Of a stretch of DNA of 64,000 nucleotides, positions 33,831 through 43,651 are shown in pieces (the first letter of the stretch is position 1; every line of letters begins with the position of its first letter). The notes beneath the pieces are model-generated. The model saw only the letters and a program-made list of their open reading frames with translations, did no database searches and was not told the origin of the DNA. The DNA is from a virus: IMG/VR virus record IMGVR_UViG_3300025812_000003, one strand, 5' to 3'. The translations under genes were made by a program, and so were the position numbers.

Positions 33831-34606
33831 CCAATCTCCAGGACAAGGAATACGAGGACGAGCATGGAAAGCCCGTACCGGCAGAGAAGGTAACCTGCCT
33901 CGGCTCCTATACCCATCACTGCGACGGGTTCTTTCAATGGACCTGCGGAAAATGCGGGGTGCAGCACAACAATCGCTGGTGTCATATAAGCGGCATCGTG
34001 TGGTACTGCGGAACGCCCCGGACAATCTACCTTGTCGGCACCAACGCAGATGGGCTCGCAAACACCAAGATCGTCTATGACGATGGCTGCGGGGCGCTCA
34101 ACCTGCTGGTCCGCACCAACTGCAAGGAAATCACCGAGTCCTTGGTCAAGAAATGGGAGGAGACGGAGCGCTGGAAGGAGAACGAGAAGCTCAGAGGTAT
34201 CGTCCATTTCAACGAGGAAAAGCTCAACGAAATCAGGAGGGAAGTCGTCAATGCCGTATCCCAGGCCCTGAACTCTGCTATCTATCTGACGGAGAAAAAA
34301 ATGAAAGACAACAGGGAAACCCCGAAGGAGTTCGCCCAGTGGGTGCGAAACTGGCAGGCGGGCCTGACGCAGGCATTCCACGGGAACTTGAGGATGGCGC
34401 TGGATGCCCAGAACTGCCTCGAACACCTGACGGGAGACAAGAAATCCATATTGGACAGGATGAATGCCCTGTTCGACAAGGAGACCGTCAAGGTAGCGTA
34501 CAAGCTGTACTATGGGAAAGTTCCCGAGGCGTATGCCGACCTGTGGGCGACCGTGAGGCCGCACGGCAAGGACGAGAGGTTCTACGAGGACGGAAAGGGG
34601 GAGTGA
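33827..34606 (+). CDS. hypothetical protein with an N-terminal Cys cluster
   Basis: ATGA overlap; WTCGKCG. Confidence 0.75.
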   Translation: MTNLQDKEYEDEHGKPVPAEKVTCLGSYTHHCDGFFQWTCGKCGVQHNNRWCHISGIVWYCGTPRTIYLVGTNADGLANTKIVYDDGCGALNLLVRTNCKEITESLVKKWEETERWKENEKLRGIVHFNEEKLNEIRREVVNAVSQALNSAIYLTEKKMKDNRETPKEFAQWVRNWQAGLTQAFHGNLRMALDAQNCLEHLTGDKKSILDRMNALFDKETVKVAYKLYYGKVPEAYADLWATVRPHGKDERFYEDGKGE

Positions 34607-34977
34607 TGGACAGCGACGGCGAATTCAGGATGTGCTTCCCGTCCTTCGAGGAACTGGGGATGTCCGGCGACGCGTCCCTGTTCAGGATCGTCCGCATGGG
34701 GCAGCGCCAGGGATGGGACGAGTGCGCCAAGCGGATGGAGGACAGGCTCAGGGAGGCCGAGACGGAGCGGGACCTCGCCCTCCGGGCTGGCAACGAGGTA
34801 TTGTTCCAGATGCGCAGCATCCTCGCGTCGCTCGGGGCTGACGGACGGGGCTTCGAGCGGAAATACGTGCTGAAGTGCGAGGCCATCGCCGAGAAGGCGG
34901 CGAAGGACGTCCTGCTCACGACAAGGAAGCCCAAAGGGGGCTGCCATGCGCCGATCCTGGTCATGGGGGAGGGATAG
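34606..34977 (+). CDS. hypothetical protein
   Basis: TGATG coupling. Confidence 0.65.
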   Translation: MDSDGEFRMCFPSFEELGMSGDASLFRIVRMGQRQGWDECAKRMEDRLREAETERDLALRAGNEVLFQMRSILASLGADGRGFERKYVLKCEAIAEKAAKDVLLTTRKPKGGCHAPILVMGEG

Positions 34978-34980
34978 AAA

Positions 34981-35862
34981 ATGCTGGGCTCGCTCTTGAA
35001 GGCTGGAGACTCCGTAACGATCACCATCGAGAAGGAAAGCCGGGAATGGGGATACAACCCCTGTCCGGACGGGACCACCGCCACCGTCGTCGGATTCGAA
35101 GAAACCTACCATGGCCGCCTCCTTGGGCGGGCACCAGGAGTGTACGTCAACGAATTCTGGGTCAGGCTCCGCTTCGCTGACGGGAAGGAGCACACCGAGT
35201 TCGCCGGGCGCATCGAGCTGGCCGACAAGGAGGAGTCCGAAAGGCGGATTGCCGCCTACCGGGAGGCGCTGCGGCTCGACCCCGACTATTGGAAAGGCAC
35301 CCAGCAGCGTCTACGGGACCTTCCGGAGACGCCGTTCTGGGAGATGGACTGGGTCAGGGCAGCCAGGACGTCGGGGGTGGTGAGCATCTACGAGCACATG
35401 CCCCCCAGTTGCAGGCCCGAAATACTCCAGGTCGTGGGCATCGACTACCACCACCTTGCCACGAAATGCCTGGACGGCTCCAAGTTCCCAGCCTACCGGA
35501 TTTCGAGCAAGGTCGGGGCGGGATGGGACACCTCGGCCAAGGATGACGACCTCGTCCTGGAGGAAAGGGGGCCGGTCTGGAAGTACTACCACAAGGAGCC
35601 CCTCAGCTTTTCCTCCCTCAAGGAGGAGGGCAACTTCTTCGACTGGGTCGGAGAGGCCGAGGAGGTCCGGAACCCGACCACCGGCCAGTACGCATGGACG
35701 AAGGAAGAGGCGCTGGAGGCCATACGAAAGGGCGTCGCCCACGGGTTTTCCGCCTCGAACGGTCTTTTTGGGGACGGTCCCTACATCAGCGTCAAGCGGT
35801 TCAAGGACCCCGGGCTGGGCGCGAGGATCGCAATCGCCACGCTGGAGGGCTTCAGGGAATAA
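34981..35862 (+). CDS. hypothetical protein
   Basis: GGAGG RBS; 293-aa ORF with coding bias. Confidence 0.8.
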   Translation: MLGSLLKAGDSVTITIEKESREWGYNPCPDGTTATVVGFEETYHGRLLGRAPGVYVNEFWVRLRFADGKEHTEFAGRIELADKEESERRIAAYREALRLDPDYWKGTQQRLRDLPETPFWEMDWVRAARTSGVVSIYEHMPPSCRPEILQVVGIDYHHLATKCLDGSKFPAYRISSKVGAGWDTSAKDDDLVLEERGPVWKYYHKEPLSFSSLKEEGNFFDWVGEAEEVRNPTTGQYAWTKEEALEAIRKGVAHGFSASNGLFGDGPYISVKRFKDPGLGARIAIATLEGFRE

Positions 35863-36075
35863 AGAATCGGGAGCATACACCAAAATGACAATTGGAATGA
35901 ACAATGCCAAGAGTTCCGCTCCGGCGAACCTAGTGCTTCCAAAAGCAACCAAGGCCCCCAAAGCCATTGGTAAATCTGTGTCCGTAACCTTAAATGTTGA
36001 ACTGCGGATACTTATTTTGACTACGGGTTCATGCCCAACGGGCTTTCAGAAGTCCAGATAAGGTAGGGATAAGCC

Positions 36076-36228
36076 ATGTGCCAGCTTTGACCGCAGGCGG
36101 CAGCGGCGGTCGCCGCAGGGACGGGGATGGCGATGGTCTGGTGGAAGCACTGGGCATACAAGGCGCTGGGCCTCCTGAGGCTGGCCAGGTCGTGGGCGAG
36201 GGGACTGCATGGGACAAAGCAAAGTTAG
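36076..36228 (+). CDS. possible 50-aa membrane peptide with CxxU (in-frame TGA at 36088)
   Basis: AGGGA RBS; MCQL-TGA-PQAAAAVAAG..; hairpin gcggc-GGTC-gccgc whose loop lies 17 nt after the TGA. Confidence 0.4.
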
Positions 36229-36466
36229 CTTGCGGAAGCTGACCATAGTCGAACGGCTATGGATATGGGTCTTTTTGTGCAGGAGCCATGCTTGGGGGAA
36301 ACCGAAAACCCTCGGATGTGTGCCCTACCCGGCCCCGTTCGATTCCCAACAGTCATGCGAAAAGTGCGCATCTATGCGCCTTTACGATTTCAAGTCCATG
36401 CGACCCGGACCGTGTTTTGACCTTTCCTACAACGCAGAGGGATGGGATGGACTATGGCTCAAATAA
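36209..36466 (+). CDS. hypothetical protein
   Basis: GAGGGG RBS; C.SHAW..CEKC. Confidence 0.5.
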   Translation: MGQSKVSLRKLTIVERLWIWVFLCRSHAWGKPKTLGCVPYPAPFDSQQSCEKCASMRLYDFKSMRPGPCFDLSYNAEGWDGLWLK

Positions 36467-37053
36467 AGGACTCTAGCACAAACCGCAGCCGGTTCGTTAT
36501 GCATTACCTGCTCAACGACTTCCAGGATTCGTCAGCGGAGTTCACGGTGAAGCTCGCCGGAATCCTGAAGGAGCACTTTCCCAGGGACCTGTTCTTCCAA
36601 GGGGGGATTCCCTACCCTGCGGGCTTCGTTCCGGGAAAATGGCCCTTCCCGCCCGCCTCGATAGCCATGCCCCCGGGCGTCGCCCCCCATTCTTTGCTGA
36701 TCGGGATCGGGACCGGCGGGAACGTGGCATGCGAGATGCAGGACGATTCGAGGTTCTCGGGTGTCTCCGTGTTCGCCGTTTCCATGCCTTCCGGGATCGA
36801 CACCCATCCAGGAAAGGGTTCCCGCGTCGACCTGAAGGGCTCCCGCGACGGGACGTACGGCCCTTCCGTGCTGCTGCGGCACCACAGAACCCCCAACCCC
36901 AATTCCATCCAGATATACCTCCTGCCGTGCCTGGCCCACGGGCCCGGGCTTGCTGCATACGCCATAGCCTACCTGATCGGGGAGTACCTGATGCGGGAGG
37001 ACATATGCGACTCCGTCATGGCGATAAGCGGCGTCTCCCCTTCCTCTCCATAA
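36454..37053 (+). CDS. hypothetical protein (possible alpha/beta-hydrolase-like fold)
   Basis: LLIGIGTGGNVA resembles a nucleophile-elbow segment; uncertain. Confidence 0.55.
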   Translation: MAQIKDSSTNRSRFVMHYLLNDFQDSSAEFTVKLAGILKEHFPRDLFFQGGIPYPAGFVPGKWPFPPASIAMPPGVAPHSLLIGIGTGGNVACEMQDDSRFSGVSVFAVSMPSGIDTHPGKGSRVDLKGSRDGTYGPSVLLRHHRTPNPNSIQIYLLPCLAHGPGLAAYAIAYLIGEYLMREDICDSVMAISGVSPSSP

Positions 37054-37086
37054 TCCCTTGCCAAAGGCATCCGAGAAAGGTATAAT

Positions 37087-37608
37087 ATGGGCATGGAAAC
37101 CCATCCAAGACTGGCCACCCTGACCTACAAAGGCCGGTGCTACGACGCCGGGGAGGGGGGAGGGGTTTGGTGCGGGCTCTGCGGCAGGCCTTCCGGTAGG
37201 CTCGTCTTCATACTCAAGGGTCCCTTCGGGAATGCGCCCATAGGGAAGTGCTGCTTCGAAATCTTCAAGGCCGCCAATCCGGGAATCCATTCCGCCCTCA
37301 AGGCGAGCCAAGCCTTCCTGGAAGGGGTGGCATGGGCCTCCCACAGGGACGCCAGAAGGCAGGAAGCCATCGCCAGGACATGGGGCAAGGAGGCGGCGTG
37401 GAAGGCGCTTAAAAAGGCCGCCAGGAAGCGCATAGGGGAATACAGGAAGTTCTCCGGGGACCTGAAGTGGCTTCCCAAGCCGCTATTTGACCTTCAGGTG
37501 GAGCTGGGACGGAGGCCCCGCAAGGACTACAAGAGCCCCTCCTCCCTCTCCAGGTGGTACGACCGCCGCAATTCCGCCCTCCGGGCGATATTGTTCCCGC
37601 CCGCCTGA
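37087..37608 (+). CDS. hypothetical protein (CxxC..GxCC)
   Basis: GGTATAAT immediately upstream; likely start 37093. Confidence 0.65.
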   Translation: MGMETHPRLATLTYKGRCYDAGEGGGVWCGLCGRPSGRLVFILKGPFGNAPIGKCCFEIFKAANPGIHSALKASQAFLEGVAWASHRDARRQEAIARTWGKEAAWKALKKAARKRIGEYRKFSGDLKWLPKPLFDLQVELGRRPRKDYKSPSSLSRWYDRRNSALRAILFPPA

Positions 37609-37657
37609 CCAAAACCTGCGATATTAGTATCTTTAGCTAGAGGAAGGGAGACGGACA

Positions 37658-37957
37658 ATGGCCCTGAAGATGTACCTGCGGGTCAATGGGATGGAGATAT
37701 CCAAGGCGTGGGTGCGCAACAAGCTTGAGGACGGCTGCCCCTTCGGGAGGCCCGAAGTGGTCATCGAAGTGCCGCCGACCGAGAGCATCCCGTCCCTGGG
37801 GGAGATAGCCCTCGACGAGAACCTCGTCCCGGGGATGCCCCGGTTCAGGGTGGAGGTGAGGTACGGGGATTATGGGGACTGGAAGCTCGTGACCCTCCAG
37901 GAACTGGTCGTCATCCTGGCTTCCGGCGAGTCCCCGGGCCAAGAAGTAATGGCGTGA
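37658..37957 (+). CDS. hypothetical protein
   Basis: GGGAG RBS. Confidence 0.65.
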   Translation: MALKMYLRVNGMEISKAWVRNKLEDGCPFGRPEVVIEVPPTESIPSLGEIALDENLVPGMPRFRVEVRYGDYGDWKLVTLQELVVILASGESPGQEVMA

Positions 37958-38265
37958 ACTTCGAAGCCATCATGTTCCGCGACGACCAGGTCCCCGAGGA
38001 CTACGACCTGGGCGAGCCGCCATCAGAACTATTGGCTCCTTTGGAAGGGGGATGGGACGGGGGTTGCGACGTGGGCATCTTTGACTTCCTGGAGGACGAG
38101 GAAGAACTGGACGACTCGGAGCCGACGGGCCACGAGGAGAGGGACGACGACTACCTCCTGGAGGAACTCGAAGTCGGCGAGGACGGGCACATCGTAGGGC
38201 ACCGGAAGCGGAAGAAGAAAGAGGAAGAGGCGGAAGACTCGGTATTTTGTTGGTGGGATGAATGA
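37954..38265 (+). CDS. highly acidic hypothetical protein
   Basis: GTGA overlap; D/E-rich. Confidence 0.6.
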   Translation: MNFEAIMFRDDQVPEDYDLGEPPSELLAPLEGGWDGGCDVGIFDFLEDEEELDDSEPTGHEERDDDYLLEELEVGEDGHIVGHRKRKKKEEEAEDSVFCWWDE

Positions 38266-40231
38266 CGAACGGACAGCCTGCCCCCTCGTAACGGAATACA
38301 CCAGCCAGCTTGGGATAGACCCCAAAACCCTTGAAAAACTATACCTTGTCCGCAAGTGGGACGTCCGCGACGACAATCCCATCCCGTTCAAATGGCCCTC
38401 CCTGCTCCGCACGAAAATCCTCAACCTCGACACCGAGAAGGAGGAGGAGCCCCTCGTCCTGAGGCAATACCAACTACAGGCGATCCACCACCTCGTCAGG
38501 ATGAACCGGTTCCTGGTGGGCGACAGCGTGGGCCTCAGGAAGACCAGCGACGCCATCGCCGCCGCTTGCTGGCTGAAGGACAGAATCCAGGAACTCAAGG
38601 TGCTGGTGGTGACGACAAAGTCGACGACGTACCAATGGTTCGACGAGGTGCGCCGGTTCAGCCTCCTCCGCCCGTTCGTCATGCGCGACCGCTACCGGGG
38701 GCTGAAGGGCTCCGAGGCGAGGTACCAGCAGCTCCGCGATTTCCTGGCCGGCGTCAAGAAGGACGTGCTCATCGCCAAGTACTCCTCCATGATCGGCACC
38801 CGCAAGAGGATAGAGGGAAAGTTCGACGAGGACGGGATGCCGGTAAGGAACAAAAGGGAGGCGGTCTCCAGGGAGATCAGGACGTTCGCCGAGATACTCA
38901 AGGCGGACGGGCACCGGGTCGCCCTGATATTCGACGAGGCCCACCGGTTCAAGACGCCCGGCACGCAGACTCGCGCCCTGGTGATATACCTCAACAGACC
39001 ATGCCGCTGGGCATGGGGGCTCACCGGCACCGCCATGAAGAACTCCCTGGACGAGTTCTACGCGGCGATAAGCGCCCTCGGCGTCAGGCCGTTCGGGAAC
39101 ATGTGGGAGTTCGGGGAGGAGTTCTGCATATTCCACAAGCAGTACGTCGGCAACGGCATCAACAAGCGGGTCCTGGACGGGTACAAGAACGTCGACAAGT
39201 TCAAGAGGGGGATACGCCCGTTCTACCTCGGCCGGAGCCAGGCGCAGGTCAAGGAGCCGCTGCCGGTCCTCGACACCACCTACCATCCCGTGGACCTGGA
39301 CGACAGGCAGGCAAAGTTGCTCCTGGAGGACATACCCTCCGGGGCATACGTCCTCCCGCCCTCCCTGATTAGGGTGCACGGAGAGGTGTTCGAGAAGGAG
39401 CGGAATCCCAGCAACGCGATGACGATGCTGAGCGTCCAGCAGCTCATCGCCAACCATTGGGCGCTCATAGACCCGTCCGACGAAAAGCGGTTCTTCTCCC
39501 CCGTGCTCTCGCCCAAGGAGGAGGCGCTGCTCGACCTCCTGGATGGTGACCTGAAGGGGGAGAAGGTAATCGTCTTCACGAAGTTCCTGAGGCACATCAA
39601 CCGCCTGGATCGCCTTACCCAGGCTGGCAAGTTCACCTCCCGCAGGTTCCTCCGCATAACGGGCCCCGAGGGCGAAAAGCGGAGGAACGCGGCCAAGCGC
39701 CTCTTCCAGGAGAGCCCGGATCACGACCTGATATTCATCAATGCGGCCGGCATCGAGGGCCTCAACCTCCAGCAGGCGGCCCACATGGTGTGCCTGGACC
39801 TGCCGTGGTCGTGGGGGGACCTCCTCCAACTCGTGGGCAGGATGGTGAGGTCCGCCTCCCCCCACACCACCTGCACCCTCCACATCCTCGTGGCCAGGGG
39901 CACGGTGGACGAGTACACGATAGACGTCCTGAAGGGCAAGAAGGGCGTGTTCGACGTGATCCTCGGGGAGAGCCACAGCGGGGGGCTGCTCGGGGAGGGC
40001 GGGGAGCTGGACCTCGAAAGCGGCATGGAATGCGGGACCGACGAGGAGTTCAAGCTGGAGATGCTGCGCAAGGCACACAAGCGCACCACCTCGATGAAGC
40101 GGTTCCTGGAGGGGGACCTCATCCTGGAGGCCAGGTCCGGGGACCAATACCTCATGGGGTTCGAGAAAAAAGGACGGGAAGACGGTAATAAGGCAGCATG
40201 GGCAGCCGTGGAGGAGGATGGCGAGCTATGA
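38258..40231 (+). CDS. SNF2-family helicase
   Basis: LRQYQ, GDSVGLRKT, FDEAH, LTGT, EGLNLQQA, QLVGRMVR. Confidence 0.92.
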   Translation: MNDERTACPLVTEYTSQLGIDPKTLEKLYLVRKWDVRDDNPIPFKWPSLLRTKILNLDTEKEEEPLVLRQYQLQAIHHLVRMNRFLVGDSVGLRKTSDAIAAACWLKDRIQELKVLVVTTKSTTYQWFDEVRRFSLLRPFVMRDRYRGLKGSEARYQQLRDFLAGVKKDVLIAKYSSMIGTRKRIEGKFDEDGMPVRNKREAVSREIRTFAEILKADGHRVALIFDEAHRFKTPGTQTRALVIYLNRPCRWAWGLTGTAMKNSLDEFYAAISALGVRPFGNMWEFGEEFCIFHKQYVGNGINKRVLDGYKNVDKFKRGIRPFYLGRSQAQVKEPLPVLDTTYHPVDLDDRQAKLLLEDIPSGAYVLPPSLIRVHGEVFEKERNPSNAMTMLSVQQLIANHWALIDPSDEKRFFSPVLSPKEEALLDLLDGDLKGEKVIVFTKFLRHINRLDRLTQAGKFTSRRFLRITGPEGEKRRNAAKRLFQESPDHDLIFINAAGIEGLNLQQAAHMVCLDLPWSWGDLLQLVGRMVRSASPHTTCTLHILVARGTVDEYTIDVLKGKKGVFDVILGESHSGGLLGEGGELDLESGMECGTDEEFKLEMLRKAHKRTTSMKRFLEGDLILEARSGDQYLMGFEKKGREDGNKAAWAAVEEDGEL

Positions 40232-40601
40232 GCATGCGAAACGTGCCGGACACAGCCCCAAGGCAGTCCCGAAGGAGAGGAACGACATGGGAAACCTGAT
40301 CATCCAGTCGGTGACGATAAGCATCGAACTAGCGGACAAGGAGTACGGGAACGGGATTGGCAGGTTCCTGAACCTGAAGGGCTCCTACCAGGACGGCGTG
40401 ACGCTGGAGGGCGTCGGCTCCGTTATCGAGGACTCCCTCGACATGTTTCTGGCCGCATGGAAATCCTTGCTGTGCAGCAAGTTCGCCCATGGATGCATGG
40501 GCGGAAAAGACCTCAAGGCAAAGTTCGAGGATGCCGTTGCAAAGACGGAAAAGGTAAAGAGCTACCTGAGGAGGGTGGATGGACAGCAACCCGGTGCTTG
40601 A
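40218..40601 (+). CDS. hypothetical protein
   Basis: Operon packing; start may be 40288 (GGAGAGG RBS). Confidence 0.65.
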   Translation: MASYEHAKRAGHSPKAVPKERNDMGNLIIQSVTISIELADKEYGNGIGRFLNLKGSYQDGVTLEGVGSVIEDSLDMFLAAWKSLLCSKFAHGCMGGKDLKAKFEDAVAKTEKVKSYLRRVDGQQPGA

Positions 40602-41400
40602 GGCGCTCAAGGCGGAGTCCCTTCTGGAGGGCTCCCACGTCCTCGGGCAGATCGCAAAGATAAGGTGGGAGCTTTCCTACACGTCTAACGGGGACGCGGT
40701 GTCGTACGACGACCTGTATGCCCGGCTGGCGGCCGAGGTGGACGCCCTGCCCAGGCTCGGCCTGGACCTCAGCGTTGCCCCGGGGACTGAGGGTCAATAC
40801 ACCGTCCAGCTCACCATGGCGATGGAGAAGGTTGCGGACGACTGCGAGCGGGTGTCCCAGCTCATAAGCAACTTTGAGTCCAGAGTGTGTGATGCCGCAG
40901 GAAAGCTGAAAAGGCTCCACGGGGAGTTCGAGGCGTGGTATGCGCTTGCCGCCAACCAGGTCGTCAACGACCTAGCCCAGCCCAGGGCCCGCCTGTCCTC
41001 GCTTCAGGTCAACCGCCTTGCGGACTCCGAGTTCTCCCGCCTGATAGGCGGCCTCGACGTGACGCTGGGCAGCATGCTCAGCGCCGTGAAGCTCCTCAAG
41101 ATGGAGATCAAGGAGCACAAGAAGACGCAGATGGAAAAGTACTCCCTGGGCAAGGACCAAGTGAACGCCGCATGGACCAGCCAGATGCCCCTGTTCAACG
41201 ACGGGGACGACATCTCCAGGGACGACCCGGGCAGGCTCCTGGACAGGAAGGCGCTCGAAACGGAGGAGGAAGTGCCGGACGACCTACCGGCCTACGTGTC
41301 GTCACCCGCGGCGTCGCCCCCCGTCGAGGTCAAGGGGACGTTCTTCAAGGCCGGGACCCCCAGGCCAACGCATCTCATAGAGGAGGATGTCCATGCCTAA
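40579..41400 (+). CDS. hypothetical helical protein
   Basis: GGAGG RBS; 273 aa. Confidence 0.75.
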   Translation: MDSNPVLEALKAESLLEGSHVLGQIAKIRWELSYTSNGDAVSYDDLYARLAAEVDALPRLGLDLSVAPGTEGQYTVQLTMAMEKVADDCERVSQLISNFESRVCDAAGKLKRLHGEFEAWYALAANQVVNDLAQPRARLSSLQVNRLADSEFSRLIGGLDVTLGSMLSAVKLLKMEIKEHKKTQMEKYSLGKDQVNAAWTSQMPLFNDGDDISRDDPGRLLDRKALETEEEVPDDLPAYVSSPAASPPVEVKGTFFKAGTPRPTHLIEEDVHA

Positions 41401-41632
41401 GGCAAAGTTGGGCAAGAAAGCAATGCCCAGTCGCCGTCCCTTCCAGGACGACCCCGGGAAATGGAGAAGGACCCGGCCCTACTTGGAGATGTGGAGCTGC
41501 CCGGAGGGCATACCGGCACGACTGATGCATCGGGAACTCAAAACCCTGACTTCGGGCCTTTCCGACGACCAAGCAGTGACCTTCCACTTCGTGGTCTGCC
41601 AGATGCCCCCGTTTTTGGGTGTCGTGCGATAG
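41387..41632 (+). CDS. hypothetical protein
   Basis: GGAGG RBS. Confidence 0.5.
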   Translation: MSMPKAKLGKKAMPSRRPFQDDPGKWRRTRPYLEMWSCPEGIPARLMHRELKTLTSGLSDDQAVTFHFVVCQMPPFLGVVR

Positions 41633-41655
41633 GAAGAATCCGAAAGGAGCGGGCG

Positions 41656-41904
41656 ATGTACTGCGAAAACTGCAAAAGCATAGTAGTGTGGAATTTCTGC
41701 TCCACGTGCGGGAGGAAGGGCCCGAAACCATGGGACGTCCGCTGCCCACGCTGTGGGATAGGATGGAGCGCTTTGCCTTCAAAGGTCTACTGCGCAAACT
41801 GCGGCTGGAAGCTCGACGAGCCATACACCCCCCCTCCGTCCGGGCTCAGGTCGCTGATGGACCGGCTGATCAAGTCCTTCAACCCAGACTATGGTAAAGA
41901 TTGA
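41656..41904 (+). CDS. double zinc-ribbon protein
   Basis: CENC..CSTC..CPRC..CANC; AAGGAG RBS. Confidence 0.7.
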   Translation: MYCENCKSIVVWNFCSTCGRKGPKPWDVRCPRCGIGWSALPSKVYCANCGWKLDEPYTPPPSGLRSLMDRLIKSFNPDYGKD

Positions 41905-42379
41905 GGTAGACCCCGGTTTCCGGGGGCCCACGATTGCCGAGCTTGAGCCCGTCGTCCAGGACATACCGGACGATCCCCTCAGGGTGAGATGGGGAGGGAC
42001 GAGGGAGGAAACCAAGCTCCTGGAGTCCCACGGGAACAGGAACTTCGTGCTGTGCGTGGCGGGGATGGAGGAGATGGGCGCGGCGGCGGGGATGCTCGGT
42101 GCCGCCCTCCAGATGGAGGGAAGGATCCTGGGCGGAGGCGGGAACGCCCTGGCCAGCAAGAAGGCGTACAACTGGAAGACGTTCTCCGAAGGCATAGGCC
42201 CCTCGGCGACCAGGAGCTTGGTGGTCAAGCTCGCCGCGGACTCCGTGCGGCAGGGGAAGCAGCCCGTGCTGGCGAGGGTGGCGGCGGACGTGCTCCTCGG
42301 GAAGGCGAGCCCGATGGACGCCGACGTCCTGATCCGCCTGCGCCCGGCAAGGCAAAGGCTGACCGGGGAGCCTGCATAG
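41891..42379 (+). CDS. hypothetical protein
   Basis: Operon packing, coding bias. Confidence 0.6.
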   Translation: MVKIEVDPGFRGPTIAELEPVVQDIPDDPLRVRWGGTREETKLLESHGNRNFVLCVAGMEEMGAAAGMLGAALQMEGRILGGGGNALASKKAYNWKTFSEGIGPSATRSLVVKLAADSVRQGKQPVLARVAADVLLGKASPMDADVLIRLRPARQRLTGEPA

Positions 42380-42380
42380 C

Positions 42381-43166
42381 ATGCGCAGGAAGATGGGCAA
42401 GAAACCCGAGGTGGGCTGGACGGAAAGGGACGTGGTGATCGCCCTGGCCAAGCGCTATCCCGACCCGGAATGGGCGTTCTTCCCCCAGGCCCGAAGCGGT
42501 ACGGGATACATCAGTTCCCTGAGGACGGCGGATGCCATTGCAATGAACCTCTGGCCATCGAGGGGGATGGAGGTGCATGGCTTCGAGGTTAAGGTTAACC
42601 GCAGCGACTTCCTCAACGAATTGAGGAATCCCGAGAAGGCGGACTCCATAGCCCGCTATTGCGACCGTTGGTGGCTGGTCATAGCGGGAGGATATGGAGA
42701 CGAGGAAGCTAATATCGTCCGTTCCGGGGAGCTTCCCCCCGCATGGGGCCTGCTGGTGATGCACGGGAACGTGCTGAAGTGCGACGTGGAGGCCCCCAAG
42801 CTGGAGGCCCTGCCGCTCGACCGGCACTTCGTGGCCTCCCTGCTCCGTAACCAGGCCCAGTGCCCGAACAAGGAATTGCGGGAAAAGTACGAAGAGGGAC
42901 TGAAACAGGGCGAGGAGATGGCCAGGAGGGAATCCCGGAGGCTGCGGGAGGACGTGGAGAAGTTCGAGGCGGCATCGGGGATAAAGATGGCGGATTCGTG
43001 GAGTATTGGCAACGTAGGCAGGGCGGTGAAGGTCCTCACGGGGATGCGCTACGACGTGGCGCACATCCGGGATTCAGCCGCCAGGGCGCAGACCATCGCC
43101 GACATGCTGAGGTCGATGGTGGATGACTCGGGGCTCGGGCCCCTCGCGGACAAGACGGAGGAATGA
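42381..43166 (+). CDS. PD-(D/E)XK nuclease, MmcB-like
   Basis: RTADAIAMNLWPSRG..HGFEVKVNRSDFLNEL..PEK; ELP..WGL. Confidence 0.8.
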   Translation: MRRKMGKKPEVGWTERDVVIALAKRYPDPEWAFFPQARSGTGYISSLRTADAIAMNLWPSRGMEVHGFEVKVNRSDFLNELRNPEKADSIARYCDRWWLVIAGGYGDEEANIVRSGELPPAWGLLVMHGNVLKCDVEAPKLEALPLDRHFVASLLRNQAQCPNKELREKYEEGLKQGEEMARRESRRLREDVEKFEAASGIKMADSWSIGNVGRAVKVLTGMRYDVAHIRDSAARAQTIADMLRSMVDDSGLGPLADKTEE

Positions 43167-43170
43167 TGCC

Positions 43171-43545
43171 ATGAACATCGGCTACGAAAGAAACGCCAAG
43201 AAAAGGGCTTCGGAGATGGTCGCCAAGCATGGCGTGCCGGTGTATTCGGAGCTGTCGCCGAACGAGCAAGTGCAGCAGGCGGGCTGCAAGCACGACAGTT
43301 GGCCGACCATCGTGGGCCCCGACCAGGAGTGCTGGGTCAAGGCCCGGGTTAGGACGGCCATGCGCGCCGCGCTGCTGATAAACAAATCGGCCAGCGTGAG
43401 GGCGGACGAGGACATCGTCCTCTGCGCCCTGGAGGGGGTGGCCAACGGGGCGGCAGTCGAGATAATCAGGACGCTCGGCATGGAACCGGGGTTCGTGAAC
43501 CTGCGCCGCCCGCCGGGCAGGTCAAGCCGAAGAATGGTTGGTTAA
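43171..43545 (+). CDS. hypothetical protein
   Basis: GGAGG RBS. Confidence 0.6.
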   Translation: MNIGYERNAKKRASEMVAKHGVPVYSELSPNEQVQQAGCKHDSWPTIVGPDQECWVKARVRTAMRAALLINKSASVRADEDIVLCALEGVANGAAVEIIRTLGMEPGFVNLRRPPGRSSRRMVG

Positions 43546-43651
43546 GCCGGATCGCCAGCGCGACGCTGGCGGTAACCGCAGAAGGAAGGCTGGGCGACGG
43601 TGCTCCCGGAGGGCTTCGGCCAGCCATCTCAACATCGAAGGCATGTAACTT

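Noticed and set aside
35886-36061. Gene in the low-GC gap after 35862
   Set aside because: Both strands give short plausible frames (a hydrophobic stretch on minus); neither can be supported.
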